Positions 25,562 through 41,271 of a stretch of DNA of 64,000 nt are shown here, in pieces. The position numbers and the translations under genes are program-made. The notes beneath the pieces are model-generated. The model worked only from the letters and a program-made list of their open reading frames with translations, was not told the origin of the DNA and did not search any database. Source of the DNA: Basidiobolus meristosporus CBS 931.73. Lineage: Eukaryota > Fungi > Basidiobolomycota. The first letter of the stretch is position 1; the number at the start of each line of letters is the position of its first letter. The stretch covers positions 1 to 64,000 of the forward strand of contig MCFE01000443.1 of assembly GCA_002104905.1 (NCBI GenBank), given 5' to 3'.

Positions 25562-25852
25562 AATTCAATTATATATTCGAGACTCGTTAAATAGGGGCAA
25601 CCCCCCTTCTATATAGATGGATGTTCAATAAATCTCTTTCCCGCCCCCCCACTCTCCAAGTGAATCGCTTATGGTTGGGTGCCGTACATATGACCCGGGG
25701 CTTAGGCCACTGGGGAGAAAATCATTTTATATAACCAGAACGTAATGGACAAGGGAAACTACAAAGAAAATTCACCAACATGGTTGACAATCAGTGGAAA
25801 AGTAAAAGAAATCTTGTGTGGTTGGTCATTGGATATTTAGTGTCCGGAAACT

Positions 25853-28507
25853 TCAGTTCTCTTCTTGGGGTGGCTTTTTGGATGGCAATGGGGATTGGTT
25901 TTGGGTGGAGAGTTGAGGGGAGCTTTGGGTACTACGGTCGGCCCCAGTGTTTTCAATGGGCACAGAGCCAGCACGGGTTCCATTGTTGTTTTGAGAATGC
26001 GGGAGGTGGGGTGACACGGAGGTTGGCTTGGAGGGCTCCTCGCTAGCTGGCAGTGGAGGCATGGTGTGGCTCCTCTTGGGCTCGCTGGAGTCGGCGTTCT
26101 CAGGCTCCCGGCTGACGGAATTCTCCTTTCCTCCGCGCATGCTCATCATGCTCATCAGGGCATCCGCGCCGTCGTAATCCTCGTCGAGCTGTTTGTTCCC
26201 TCCGTAGGATTTGCTCTCGCTAGCTTCGTGGGGCTTGTCCTGTGGGGCGCCTGGCTTCTCTTCTACATTTCTACTTTCGTTTTTCCCTTCCTCGTTTTGG
26301 TTTTCTACATTACTCTGCCTGGATTCCTTGACACCGCTTGGCGTGTTACGTCCGCTATGATCGAATGGCTCATATTTGAAGCCTTGAGCATTAGGAGAGT
26401 AGGTTTCGGGCTTCGGTCTATTAGGGTTGATGGGTGAGGGCATGTTGGGAGGTCTTCTATCGCCAGTGTTAGCTTCGCTAGGTCTTGAGTAGGGATCACT
26501 GTGTACCGGGCTATCATGGTTGTGATAATTGCTAATACCGTTGTTGAGTCTTATCGCGTCATCAGCCTCCCTCTTTTCCACGGGCATAGGCTGGTGCTTT
26601 TCCTGCTGCTGATTGTAGGATGGGCTCACGTCGGGCGGCTGCTGCATCCTATGATCCATGTTATGATGGGGGGAGTCGGTCACCGGCCTGGGCATAGGAG
26701 CGTTAGGGCTCATGTGCGGGGGATATGATGGTCTAGCATCGTTCATTCCATAGGGCCCACGAGGGCCTGGGTGCTCGCCTCTATTCATAGATGGATGCTC
26801 TTGAGGAGGGGGTGTACGACGTCCGTGGTTGTTAAGCTCAGGCGGGGGAGCAGGGCGGTCACCAGGTGGCCCATGAGGATATCCGGGGAATCCTTGAGGA
26901 GGGCCTTGAAGGCCGCCGCCCTGTTGAAGTTGCGATGGGAAGTTGCTATTGTTTTGGTAAGTCGAAAGATTAACATCTTGAGGTACCGGGGCGGCGGGCT
27001 GGGGGCCTGCGGTTTGGGCATTGCGGAGCAGTTGCAATCTTTGCTTGATGTGAGGGTTGTTGGGATCAAGCTCGGCCGCACGCTGGTAAGCATCAATGGC
27101 ATCGTTGATTTGGTTGTTGCACGACTCGTACAGGGTACCCAAGTCGTACCAAACCTCGCTGATGTAAGGATTAAGCCGAATGGCACGACTGTAGGCATCC
27201 AACGCATCCCGATATTGGTGGATTTGATAATAAAGCACACCGATAGAGCACCAAAAGGTGGGATTCCGTCCGTCACGGTAGACCGCCTGTTGGTAAGCCT
27301 CGTAAGCCTTGTTGTATTTTTGCTGGGCCATGTAGCATCGACCCAACAAATACCAAGACTGCGCATCTGCACCATCCGCCTCAATGGATTTGGTTAGGTA
27401 TGAAATGGCAGCATCCTGGTTGCAGAATGGCGCATTCTGTTGGTGGAAAAGCCAGCCAAGCTGTTGCAGCACCTTGGCGTGGTTTGGATTCTCGGACAGT
27501 ACTCTCTCGTAAGCTTCTTTGGCCAGTTGGAACTAATGCAAAGTATCAGTCGCATGCACTTCAACACACGGTGTTTCCTCACTATTACCTCTTTCTGTTG
27601 TTCGTAAACATGTCCGATTTGGAACCAAATGTCTACCTCGGTTAGTGGACGAGGAGGGGTGCGAAGGATATATTGGAAGCACTAGCGTAGAGGGGTCATT
27701 AGCATGTTGCTCGAAGGAGCAAACTGAATAAACGGGTGCTTACTTGCAGGCTTAGGTCGAACTTCTGCTGTTGCTTGTATATGATACCCAAGCGAAAGTA
27801 AATCTCGTTGGCCTTTTCGAATTTAGGGTCCATCCGCAGTACGGCCGAGAATGCCTCCTCCGCATGCTCCAATGACTGATACCTGTCGTAGAGTATACCA
27901 ATGCCATACCACAGTTTCGGTTCCTACGAAGCCCAAAGCGGTTAGGTCGAATTCGACTGCATTGGAGGCATGTAAATGCAGTCACTTACTTTTGGATTGG
28001 GGAGATGATATAAAGCCTGCTGATATGCAGTGTATGCTTTCTGTAAGTCGTCCATCATCAGGTAACAATGACCCAAAGCGCCCCAGATATCGCCATGGTT
28101 TCCTTCAATGTTGAGAATTCTTTGGAAATACTCTACAGCCTAAAAACACCGCAATTAAGCATGGAATCAGCGGCGATCAAGTCGAGTGGACATATACCTT
28201 GGGAAATTGTTCACGGCTTCTGCACAAAGAAGCAATCTGAGTTAGCGCAGAGACGGAATAAGGATTGTGCCTGAGAGTGGCCTCATAAGCATTCATGGCA
28301 CGATCGTGGTCAAGCATCAACTCAGCCAAAGCACCTATGAAATAGCAAGGTTTAGAGCAGGCGATGGAGGGGAGATCAGAAGTAAGGGGTCTAACCAAGC
28401 TGAAGCCAAGTTTGCTCATTCATTGAAACCAATTTTTGAGATGCAGTCATTTGCTGCGGAGCGAGGTTGGGGGCTGCTCTAACAGCGGAGGTACCGTTAG
28501 TCGACAT
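25853..28507 (-). CDS. SSN6: General transcriptional corepressor Ssn6/Cyc8 (TPR)
   Basis: TASQKLVSMNEQTWLQLG, AMNAYEATLRHNPYS, DAQSWYLLGRCYM, AVYRDGRNPTFWCSIGVLYYQI, RLNPYISEVWYDLGTLYESC; P/Q-rich tail. Confidence 0.96.
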
Positions 28508-29436
28508 GTTGGTTGAAGTGGATTTGGGCGCGAATTTTCACGATTTGAACGCGTATAAAGACGATCAGCGGATGTTGATGTGTTGAGGGTCTTTGAGTGT
28601 GGCTAGGGAAAAATAGATGATCGCGACACTCTTCACTGCAGGATAAAAGGCTGGTAGGACACACGTACGGAGCAGGAGAGAGATGGGCACCGCTTGCTGG
28701 TTAAGCTAGGGATAAAATTAACTTAGTGTAGTAAAAAATAACAAAACTAGTTTGGTAGGCTAGTTGACTTGGGAATAACTCCGAGAAAGAGTATTGGGAA
28801 AGAAGCAAGAAGGCTGAATGGTGCGGAAGGAAAAAAAATAGACCAAGAGGAACGCGCCAACTAATTGTGTATTTCCAATATAAAATCAAATAGATTTGAT
28901 CTGACGATTGGAATGTTCTCCCACAACGTTAATTCTGGATTTTAAAATGGCCGTTTCTATGTATCCTCAGTATATGTATCCGACTATCCCCATTCAATAC
29001 AAATATCAGGATCGCTGCATATTCCAAACCCAATCGAGATTTGCTAGTGAGTGGTGAAGGAATTGGGCCCAAAGTGCCATCACTGTGACCCGTGCACGCT
29101 CCAATGCCAAATCCTGAATTTTTTTATCACCGAATCCACCATTGCCTGCCCCAGAGCTCACCGCTATATGTGTTGATTGCGATGATTTCGTTTAGCCTAT
29201 TGTTTCTTAGGCTGTCAATTCAGACAATACCTGTGTAACTCTCAACAGAATTGGGGAATTTGTGGTGTCATATGGTGATAATTCCTGCCTCCAGGGTTTT
29301 CTTGTGGGTTTAAGTTGAGCAATGTTTCACAGGAATCGGGCTTATCTTTAAGCCAACTCGGATTCTGTGCCTATCAGGTGTGCGCACTGTACTCCTTTTT
29401 TTCTTCACTCCTCTCTCCAGCGCTTTCAACTCAACT

Positions 29437-30807
29437 ATGGCATCCGCTGACAGCACCAACATCCTTGACATGTCCCTGGAAGACATGATAAAGACCGACA
29501 AAAAGCTCAGAACCAGTCACCCAAAGCCCAGTTCTGACAACAAGAGCGACCGCGGCAGAAACGACAAGAGAAACCGCTCAACCCCGTACTCGCGTCAGGT
29601 AACTTCGTAACCATCTGGTTTCTTTTCGAGTCCTTCTTATTCATCAGCACTCTGCGACTCGTAGAAACCTCGTCGCAACGGAAACAGTGATGAGCAATGG
29701 ACACACGATCTATTCAACGAGGGCACACCGGCTGCAACCGCTAACCCTCGCTCCAATGACACCTCCACATTTAGAAAGATCCAGGTGGAAAATCTTCACT
29801 ACGAGGTTTCTCAGCAAGATCTCGAGGTTTGTGCTCATTGATATGTTCGCTGATCACCCATGTCTATCAACTGACCGTCCTTGGTTGTTGCTGATTCACT
29901 GTAGGAATTATTTACTACGGTCGGGGCGGTGAAGAAAGTTAACATTGTCTACGATAATGCTGGAAGATCGACTGGTGTGGCCAAGATTCAATTTGAAACC
30001 CCCGCCCACGCGGCCCAAGCTATCCAACAATACAACAATGTCACACTTGATGGTAACGGGGGTTTATTTAGTATGTTGTTAAATGCCCACCCTTGCTAAA
30101 GGTCCTTTGGGCTGTTAGGGAAGCCTATGAAAATCGGGTACGCTCCTGGTGGCCGTGGATCATCTGCCTCTCAACCTTCCATCATGAGTCGTCTTGGCGG
30201 TGTATCCAGAAAGTATGTTCATTTCCTACCCACCCACTTCAATGGTACCCAGTCTTTTCTTCGAATGCTGTTTTGTCCCACGTATACGATGCTCTTCGCC
30301 ATTGCGCGAGAAACCCGCGCGGTTTGAATCGATGATGCGCCAGCGTGTCCTCACGGAATAGTGCTCGAGTGTCGGGCAAGACAGTGATGATGAAATCAAA
30401 GGCAATCAAGCCTGAGAAGCCCAGACGTTTGTTTGTCGTGCTAGACAGTGAACTTGGAAGAAGTCGATAGTTGCAATGGATCAATCTCCCTTCATCTCCA
30501 CTTAATAGCATTTCTTCCAAACTCATCCTTCATCGATCCATCTACTTACGGGAAACCTCTCATGAAAATCTTAGTGGCACCAGAAAACCTGCCAACAACC
30601 GCCCCCGTGGAGCCCAGAGAAGAGGGGACAGACGCAGCGGCCAAAGTGAGCCTCGCGGCAAGCGTGAGCCCGCTAGCAAAGACGACCTAGATGCTGAGCT
30701 GGAGTCCTACATGCAAGTCGATAATGGGGTGAGTGCTCGAAAAGTTCGTCAACATCAAGGATCCCATAGCTGACCGCGTGCCGTTGTAGGTTACCATGCA
30801 AGAATAG
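29437..30807 (+). CDS. YRA1: mRNA export adaptor Yra1/ALYREF
   Basis: N-terminal UBM (LDMSLEDMIK), RRM (IQVENLHYEVSQQDL..NAGRSTGVA..YNNVTLDGKPMKI), C-terminal UBM (DDLDAELESYM). Confidence 0.88.
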
Positions 30808-31119
30808 GAGCATAGAATGAGCAGGATTACTATTTCTACCGTGCCGGCCCCGCCTTCACTTCTGTATCTTGGTTTGAAACGAGCCACGTCCGCTTTTGCT
30901 CTTCCAATGACCCTCTGTTACATAGTCGTTCGATACGTGTCAGCAACACCCATCGTTTCATTACTTTCCTCACTAAAAACACTCAAATCAATGCAAATCG
31001 CGGATTTATTTATTAATCTACTGTGGCAGTATCGGCGGAATAGCGAAGTTTTGTTTATTTGCGGTGGTGTGCTGTGACTGTGACTGTGGCTATGGCTTTG
31101 TCGTAAGCTCAATCACGGC

Positions 31120-33386
<2,267 letters not shown>

Positions 33387-33654
33387 ATGTGCGAATGAAC
33401 GCTCCACTATGCTGCATGATATCATCCGTTGGTCTTATATACGCATCTCAAACTGATTCGACTCGTGGGAATCTCCTGATACGAGACAGCTACATTCGTT
33501 TTGGTAATAGCAGTAGTCGGGTGTCGTGGGGTAGGAGCATTGCGTCGGAATCCACCGATGGTCATTGTTGTTCAGAACTTGTCTGTATTTAAACAAACAT
33601 CTAATCGAGGCTGTTTAAGCGTCGCTCGTACAGGAAAAAAAGGAGTTCACTTGG

Positions 33655-33668
33655 AATTTTTTTCATCG
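33655..33668 (-). promoter_or_regulatory. RRPE-like (TGAAAAAAATT) element abutting a PAC-like core (CGATGA) upstream of NOP2
   Basis: aatttttttcatcg about 110 bp upstream of the NOP2 ATG; resembles yeast ribosome-biogenesis motifs. Poly-T is common, so this may be chance. Confidence 0.3.
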
Positions 33669-33780
33669 TTGCCAGAGCAATTTTTTTTATTTTTTTTTCT
33701 GAGGAATTGTGTATGCTTACTTAGCGTTAGATTATTCTCTCCTCTGGGTTCGAGTATTCGTTTCGGTACATACACATCAA

Positions 33781-35651
33781 ATGGGTCGTAGAGCTAAGAA
33801 CAAGCAGCAGGATCCATCTCCTTACGGTGCTGCCCCTAAGGGAGCTAAGCAAGGTGCCACACCCAAAAAGGGATCCAAACCCCAACCCAAAAAGCAAACC
33901 CCCACTCCAACAAAGAGACAAAATAATAGGGCACAGCCTAAAAAGCGTAAGGCTGAGGAGGAAGAGGAGTCTGATTCCGAGGAAGAAGTCTCCCCTCCAC
34001 CCAAGAAGACCAAGCCCGTCAAGAAGTCACCTGCTAAGCCTGCTCCCAAGGCTAACGCCAAAACTACCAAGCAGGAATTGTTCGACGATTCTGACGACGA
34101 GCCTAAGTTCCCCAAATCAAAGAAGGGCTTCTCGGATGACAACGCCAAGTGGCTCAAGCCCAAGAAGGACGATAGCGACGATGAGGATTCCGATGAATTG
34201 GTAAGCTCTTGGCTGAATACTTCGCTCACATATGTATGGCGTGTTGACCTTTCTATTTACAGAACTCTGATGATGACTTTGGCTCTGACCCATCGGAGGG
34301 AGATTTCGGCTCTGATTCCGAGGGTGAACTCAACTCTGACGAAATCCCAGATTCTGATGATTTTGGTAGCGACATGGACTCTGATGATGATGACTTCGAG
34401 GGTGGTCTCTCAGAGGCCAAATCCAAGAAGCTTGAGGCCAAGCAACGTAAGATGGAGGAGGAGGCTGATGCTGAACTCAAAACCAACATTGCCGAAACCG
34501 AGGTCTTCACACTTCCTAGCGGACAGGAGATCGAGCAGGAGAACATGATGGCCCCCGACCTTGTCGTGATCAAGCAGAGAATTGCCGACATCACCCGTGT
34601 TCTCAGCAACTTCAAGGAATTAAGAGACCCCGAGAGATCTCGCTCGGATTACACTGAGCTTCTGATCAAGGATCTGGCTGTGTACTACGGCTACTCCGAG
34701 TTCCTGATGGACAAGTTCTTCCACATCTTCCCTCTTGCCGAGTTGACCGAGTTCTTGGAAGCTAACGAAGTTCCTCGTCCCGTTACCATCAGAACCAACA
34801 CTTTGAAGACTCGTCGTCGTGATCTTGCCCAGGCCCTCATCAACCGTGGTGTGAACTTGGATCCCGTTGGCAAATGGTCCAAAGTAGGCCTTCAGATTTT
34901 CGACGCACCCGTCCCCATTGGTGCTACACCCGAGTACTTGGCTGGTCACTACATGATCCAAACCGCCTCCTCCTTCCTCCCAGTCATGGCCCTTGCTCCT
35001 CAGGAGAACGAGCGTATCCTCGATATGGCCTCTGCTCCAGGTGGTAAGACCACCTATATCGCTGCCCTTATCAAGAACACCGGCTGTGTCTTTGCCAACG
35101 ATGCCAACAAGGACCGTACCAAGGCTTTGGTTGCCAACATCCACAGACTGGGCGTCCGCAACACTGTGGTTTGTAACTACGACGGTAGAGAGTTCCCCAA
35201 GGTGATCGGTGGCTTTGATCGTGTGCTTCTGGATGCTCCATGCTCTGGTACTGGTGTTATTTCCAAGGATCAGTCGGTCAAATTGAACAAGACCGAGCAA
35301 GACTTCAAGATGCTCTCCCACTTGCAAAAGGAGCTCATCCTCTCCGCCATCGACTCCGTCGATGCCAACTCAAAGACCGGTGGATACATCGTTTACTCCA
35401 CCTGTTCCATCACCGTGGATGAGAATGAGGATGTCATCAACTACGCACTCAGCAAGCGTCCCAACGTCAAGCTGGTCTCCACCGGAATCAGCTTCGGTGT
35501 GGAGGGATACACCAACTACAGAGGAAAGAAGTACCATCCCACTCTGAACCTTACCCGCCGCTACTACCCCCATACTCACAATATGGATGGTTTCTACGTT
35601 GCCAAGCTCAAGAAAGTGTCCAACAAGTTCGCGGCCCCCACGAAAGACTAA
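33781..35651 (+). CDS. NOP2: 25S rRNA m5C methyltransferase Nop2
   Basis: Acidic/basic N-terminus; IRTNTLKTRRRDLAQALINRGVNL, ILDMASAPGGKT, FDRVLLDAPCSGTG, VYSTCSI. One intron near 34201-34263. Confidence 0.97.
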
Positions 35652-35872
35652 GGTCTTCGCTTTCACTCCACTCTTCCGGAATCATATGTGTACAGGACGT
35701 CTAAAATAATCATGTCGATCAGTAGTATTCCTTAGATGATCAAGGGGTGCGTTTGTGTAATGCGCTGCCTGACTGAATACTCGGTGACTTTCAGTAAACC
35801 TTCGATTTATAGATATTTACATCGATGCTTATTAGAAAAAATGCAATAAAGCTGTCATTTTATTCGAACGCT

Positions 35873-38170
35873 TTAGAAGTTCTGAAGCATCCCACTGACG
35901 CACTCCGGGCACAGACAGAACGGCAGCACGACTTCAGTGGGGGTGGCTGCCACCGAGTACCTTTTGGTCGGGGTGGTTTTGGGGATCAGGTAAAAGTCTC
36001 CATGCTCCTCCCCTTTTTGCAGCCTTCTACTCCTCAGTGCTCGCGACGATGGGCTTGGGGGACATGGCGTTTCGGGGACGGCTGCGGAGTCCAGTGAAGA
36101 GTCGTGGCATGTACTAGAGGGGGGCTCTGGGTAGCACATTCCTGCAGGCATAGATAAGCCTCGTTTGCGTCTCGCCTCCCCACGCTTCATGAAGTCGTTG
36201 CAAGGGCTGCTAGGCACTCGATCGTTATGATTTGCGTTTGGGGCGATTTTGCCCTCGTTTCTCATACGATCGGGGTGGTGGTTTCTCAGGAAGCTGAGTA
36301 GTGTTTCGGAGTTGCGTCGGCTCCTTCTCCTGATTCCTCTTTGGATGAATATGTCCGACGCTTCCCCAGCTACGGGGTTGCTGTCGAATACGGAGCCATC
36401 GTCGTTGGAGAGGTTGTGGCGCAACTGAAAGGGGATTGGCTTATCAGCCCAAGAAATCCATGAGTGCGCATTCCAGCCTAGGTTCAGGATAAGAGATTTA
36501 CCTCCTTCATCGGCTTTGATCCTTCGGCAGTGCTAGCCTGCCGAGAGATATGCTCATAGCTCGGGTGGACGGAACCATCTTGGCCGAGCTCTTCCTGGCT
36601 TGGGTATTCGTGTAATATGCTTGGGTTTCTGTACACTCCCTCCTGGGGCGATGCGTAAAGGCGACGTGCATGTTTTAGCGACTAGAGGAGGGTTGGTTAT
36701 GCTTGATCTGAATAATGCCAAACCACCGACTTATACTACCTCGATGGCTTTCAAACGCTGTCCGGTCAAGGAGACCCGTCGAGTGGAATCGGAGCCAATG
36801 ATTTCTTCGAATTCGTGATACTGGCCATAGGGTTAGAACAATCTGGACTCGACGAAGATCCATTCATCGTTACCTGTCTGTGGTGGCTGGACTCCGCGGA
36901 GCTAGTAGAGGAAGTCAAAATCGTCTCGTCTGAGCCAGAAACAGAGGGGGTGAACCGGAAATATTCCGCTTTCGGTGAGGCAGGGTTGGATTTATCCAGC
37001 AGTACCGGGGAATTCGGGAGGGTCGTGGCCAACCCGGATCTGGCACTTTCTCTCGGCCCGCGTTTGCTGAGAAATGGGATGGCGGTGAACAGTCTTACCC
37101 CCTTGAACTTCCCATTGGAGAAGGGTTTTTGTTCAGCCACCTCAATCCGACTGTGAATCATGCTGATCGGATCGGAGATTCCCGTCAGGCTCTCTATAAT
37201 GCAAGGCTTTAGTTGTTGGTTGGTGGTGAACGGCTCTGTGCGACAGGTACCCAGGAGGAAGGTGGGCTCCTGTTTCGAGAGGAGGCTGAGTCGATTTTTG
37301 TCCTTGCAGTTGAACCCTAAATTTTCCTGAGTTCCGGATCAGTACACGGCTGCGAATGGCCTGAACCCACACCCATCCCAATGCCCATACCTCCAGTTTC
37401 TTCCTCAATTCCATTTTGTCGAAGATCCCTTTGATCTGCTCGTCGAAACTAAATGCGTGTAGAACGTCCTCCAGGTCCACCGAGGATTTTAGGAGCTGCT
37501 TGGCCAGCACTCCGATGCTGTTTAGTAGATACTTGGCGAGGTTCTCCATCATGGTTGTGACGTAGAACGTGACGCTAACACTGAAGCTGGCCGCCCCGAG
37601 GGTGCTGCACAGCAATCTGAACGGCTTCCCACCGTTCTTGGCCCCCAGTGAGCTGCATTGGAGACAGTACGACCTCAGCTGCTCGTAGCGTCTCTGGACC
37701 CGGTTCGCGGAAAGCGTGCTGCATATATGGTCCACGCACGCGGGGTTGTTCCACAGCGCGGAGGTGTAGGAGATAGGCTTCTGGATCTTGCGAGCTTTGC
37801 GCGTCTGCTGGATGATCTCGATGGCCAGACAGGTGCTCGGTAACGCTTTGACCAGGGCGGCGTCCATATCCGCGACGCTGACCGTCCTGGTCGCCGGCAG
37901 GTAGGTCACCAGCGAGTAAAGAAACTCGTCCAAGAACCCGTTGATGGCGAACACCACCTCGTCCGATATCGGTCTGGACCCGATCTGGGTTAGTATGGCC
38001 CTGGCCGACTTCGGGGTCACGTATAGCTCATCTACGAAGAAGCGAAGGGTGGGGTTAGCGAACCGTGGGACGTCCCTCTGACGGGATGTTTCGGGACCAT
38101 ACCTTTCGAGGAGTACAAGAGCATGGGAATGGTGGGTGGTTTGACGCTGTGGGGTCGAAGTGAAGAGCAA
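35873..38170 (-). CDS. Uncharacterised fungal protein with N-terminal tandem histone-fold-like domain; start uncertain
   Basis: Splice-compatible exons 38170-37391, ~37330-36890, ~36835-36740 (FEEIIGSDSTRRVSLTGQRLKAIE) and onward to 35873. An H2A-like helix pattern is present; S/R-rich tail. Confidence 0.6.
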
Positions 38171-38616
38171 TCTCTGTCAAAAGAGACTCCCAACTTGACT
38201 AGTGTAATGGGCATCCATGGGGGGATGTCGAATGCTTTTAAATCCCCCAGCCCCTAAACCGTGTCTCGGGGATGAAATGAATCGAGTTCATCGAGGGTGG
38301 TGACCAGCAGTGCTGAAAGGGCCGATCCCAGTATTGGATTCATGAATTAGAGTTGGCATGACATCTGGTGTTCAGCATGGTCACTGTCACATGATCCGTG
38401 TTTATTTCAAAAAACCCGTTGGTTTATGTCATAAGATATTATAGGCGTAGAGTTGCACGTATGTGGTGATATGCACGAATGGATAAACATGAATAAAAGA
38501 ATCGCGGTTTCTGTGGCGGTGGGATTTGAAGAGGAACGTCCAACAATATTACATACAATATTCTATAAAGCCACTTGTGGGTGAGCCTTTGTATTGATCT
38601 ATTTTCTTGAATATCT

Positions 38617-41007
38617 CTATTTAGCCTGGAAACATCGTATTAGTACCCCGCGAGACATCCAAACACGAATTGATCACATCGACTTACCGAATCGAGTAGT
38701 TGCTGTCTCTGTTCCTTGAGTCTCATGAAGGTTTTGTGATAAGCTCCTAGTGGAGAGCTCTCAATCTCGGTGGTTTGAAGGAAGGTTTTCTATGGGAATG
38801 GAGTTAGTGACACCGATAACTTGCCTGGCCTGAGCACTCATTCACTTACCACTTTGCTCAAATCGTGAGGGCTGAAATCGATGGCATTACGTTTGCCCTC
38901 AACGAACTTCACATTCTGTTCGATCTTCTCTATTAACTGCTGAGTTTGCTTGACGAATTTCACATTCTTGGATCTCTTGATGTATCTCTTCAATTGCACA
39001 ATACCGGGGAGAACCAACTCGGGGAAGGCGATTGATAGAGCGTGTGAGCAATAATAGCTCATAATAAGCTCACCCAACTCTTCAAGGACGCCATCTTGAT
39101 AGACTCTAGTGTGCTCATATGCTTTAGGCACCTTAAGATGGAGCTTGAAGTCGAGTGCTTTGAGGGTAGAAGGTGCAGGCTTCTTCTTCATTTCCGAACT
39201 CTCAAGCACCTCAAACAGGTGAGGTGCCAAAGGAATGAATGTTCCCGTCTTGCGGCCAAGTTGAATGAGTGCGCGGATAACGTGGAAACGAAGAGGGAAG
39301 TACTTGTGTGTGGGAATCAACCGAATGGTACCAATTGCTACCTGAACAAGAGGATAGATCAAAGGCTGCAGAGGGCTTTCACCAACCTCAGCAACGCGGT
39401 CAAGATCGCAATATGTACCAAGGACATCGGCCCAGAAAGCGAGGCAGTGCACGAACTGCCAGTTGTATACTGCTTTGTAGGACTCCTTGCTCTTCAAAGT
39501 CATGGAATTTCTCAAGTGGATGGCCAACTGGCGGATGTAGGTAAAGGCATGCTGGTAGGAAGCGTTCAAATCGATACCGTAAACCTCAACACCACAGCTG
39601 CGCATAAGCTGGATCATAGGAAGAGTGTAGATAGTGGTCGATTGGCAGTTGCGAACAAACGTAAGGTATGTTCCCTTCAAGCACATCTCCAGATATGGTG
39701 ATGGGCAAGTGGTGGCGAGCTTGCGAATAGCAAGGAAGGAAACGATTCTGATGCTCTCTTCGGCAGAGCCCCATTGATGAAGCAACGCCTTCAGGTAGTT
39801 CTTAGCTAGCTTAGGGAAGCAAGCAAAGTACAAAAGAGCCTTTTCGGACTCTTGGATCAAGAATTGAACCATGGTTTTCTCAGTCAACTGCTTAAGAATC
39901 ATAAGCACAGTGTTGAGGTATGACTTAACGAGAGGCTGAAGTTGCTTCCACTTCTTGTAGGTTGAGGGTAATGGCTTGCGCTTGCCCTCCGGAACCTCCT
40001 TAACGGACAAGTGATGATCAAAGATTTCTACGGAATGCTTCAGAGCTACAATGACAAGCTTGTTGAACACAACATCACTTTGAACCTTGTAGGCAAACAC
40101 CTTGTCTTCATCCTGACTGCTGGCAGCAGCACGGAATGCAACCAAGACTTTTTTCAACGAGCGGATGGATTTTTGCTCAACGATGATTTTCTCCCAGTTG
40201 GAGACCATCTCCTTTGTAACAACAATGCCATCTGAATCATCAACTTCCATGGCATCATCCTCATCGCTTCCAGCCTCGTCTTGTTCGCCGGCCTCCTCTT
40301 CCTCTTCCTCATCGTCGTCTTCACTAGCCTCAATTTCGTCGTCGGAGATTTCATCCTCGTCAGAATAATCGAAGTTCAACAGCTCCTTATCATTTTCGGC
40401 CAAAAACTTATAGAATTCTGGATCCTTCTCGCGCAACGATTCGAGCTCTTGCTTATGCTTGGAAGCGTCTTTTCCAACTTTCTTAAGACCGTCTTTACCC
40501 TTCTTGACGGGCTCCTCCTGCTCGGAGTCAACTTCTTCATCTCCAACAGCATCAAGCTCATCGAAGTCACTCTGTAATAGTCAAGAACTTTAACCTCAAA
40601 CTCGACCACTACACAATAACGAGGCGATGAATACTTACTGCACTTTCATTCTCAGCCTCCTCAAAACCTCCGTTCAAGAAGTCATCGACACTCATATCCT
40701 TATAGCTAATAGAATAATTTAGTATGTGGGTGTGGAATTTTCGAGCCGAGAGTGGATTCTACCGTTCGTCAAACTCTTCTTCCTCTTCCTTTGGAGTGGC
40801 TATCAGGAATAGATTAGATCAGGAGGTTCCAATAAATTGGTTCATCAAGATGAATAATATACCGGCAGCATTTTTGGTGCGTTCTTGCTTACGAGCCTCG
40901 CGTTTATCGATTTTAGCCTTGACCTTCTGGGCAGCCTTACGCTTTTGAATGGCGCCCTTCAAGTGATTCTTATTGAATTTTTTGGTAGCTTTCTTTACTT
41001 TGGCCAT
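38617..41007 (-). CDS. NOC2: Nucleolar complex protein Noc2
   Basis: MAKVKKATKKFNKNHL, KDPEFYKFLAENDKELLNF, AYQHAFTYIRQLAIHLRNSM, VYNWQFVHCL, IPTHKYFPLRFH. Confidence 0.96.
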
Positions 41008-41271
41008 TATGAAAAAATATCCACCGGTAAGGAGGGAGAATGAAGCAATCTCTAAGCAATCAATGTTGGTAATATTCTTTGAATCTCTTTTTTTTTCCAA
41101 GACTTGTTTTTTCTTTTTTTTTTCTGGATACCACCTAGTTGAAATTTCTTGTTCTCGTTTAAATTTATCCAATTTCTGGATCAACTTGTGGCTCAAAAAA
41201 GCCGTGACTGGACTTCACTGCGTGTGCTGTCTATCTTTCGTTCACAGGTAACCGAGCTTCTTCTCTTACTG

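Noticed and set aside
34620-35327. 235-aa minus-strand ORF, and similar ORFs opposite RPS17, SSN6 and NOC2
   Set aside because: Antisense shadows of highly expressed genes.
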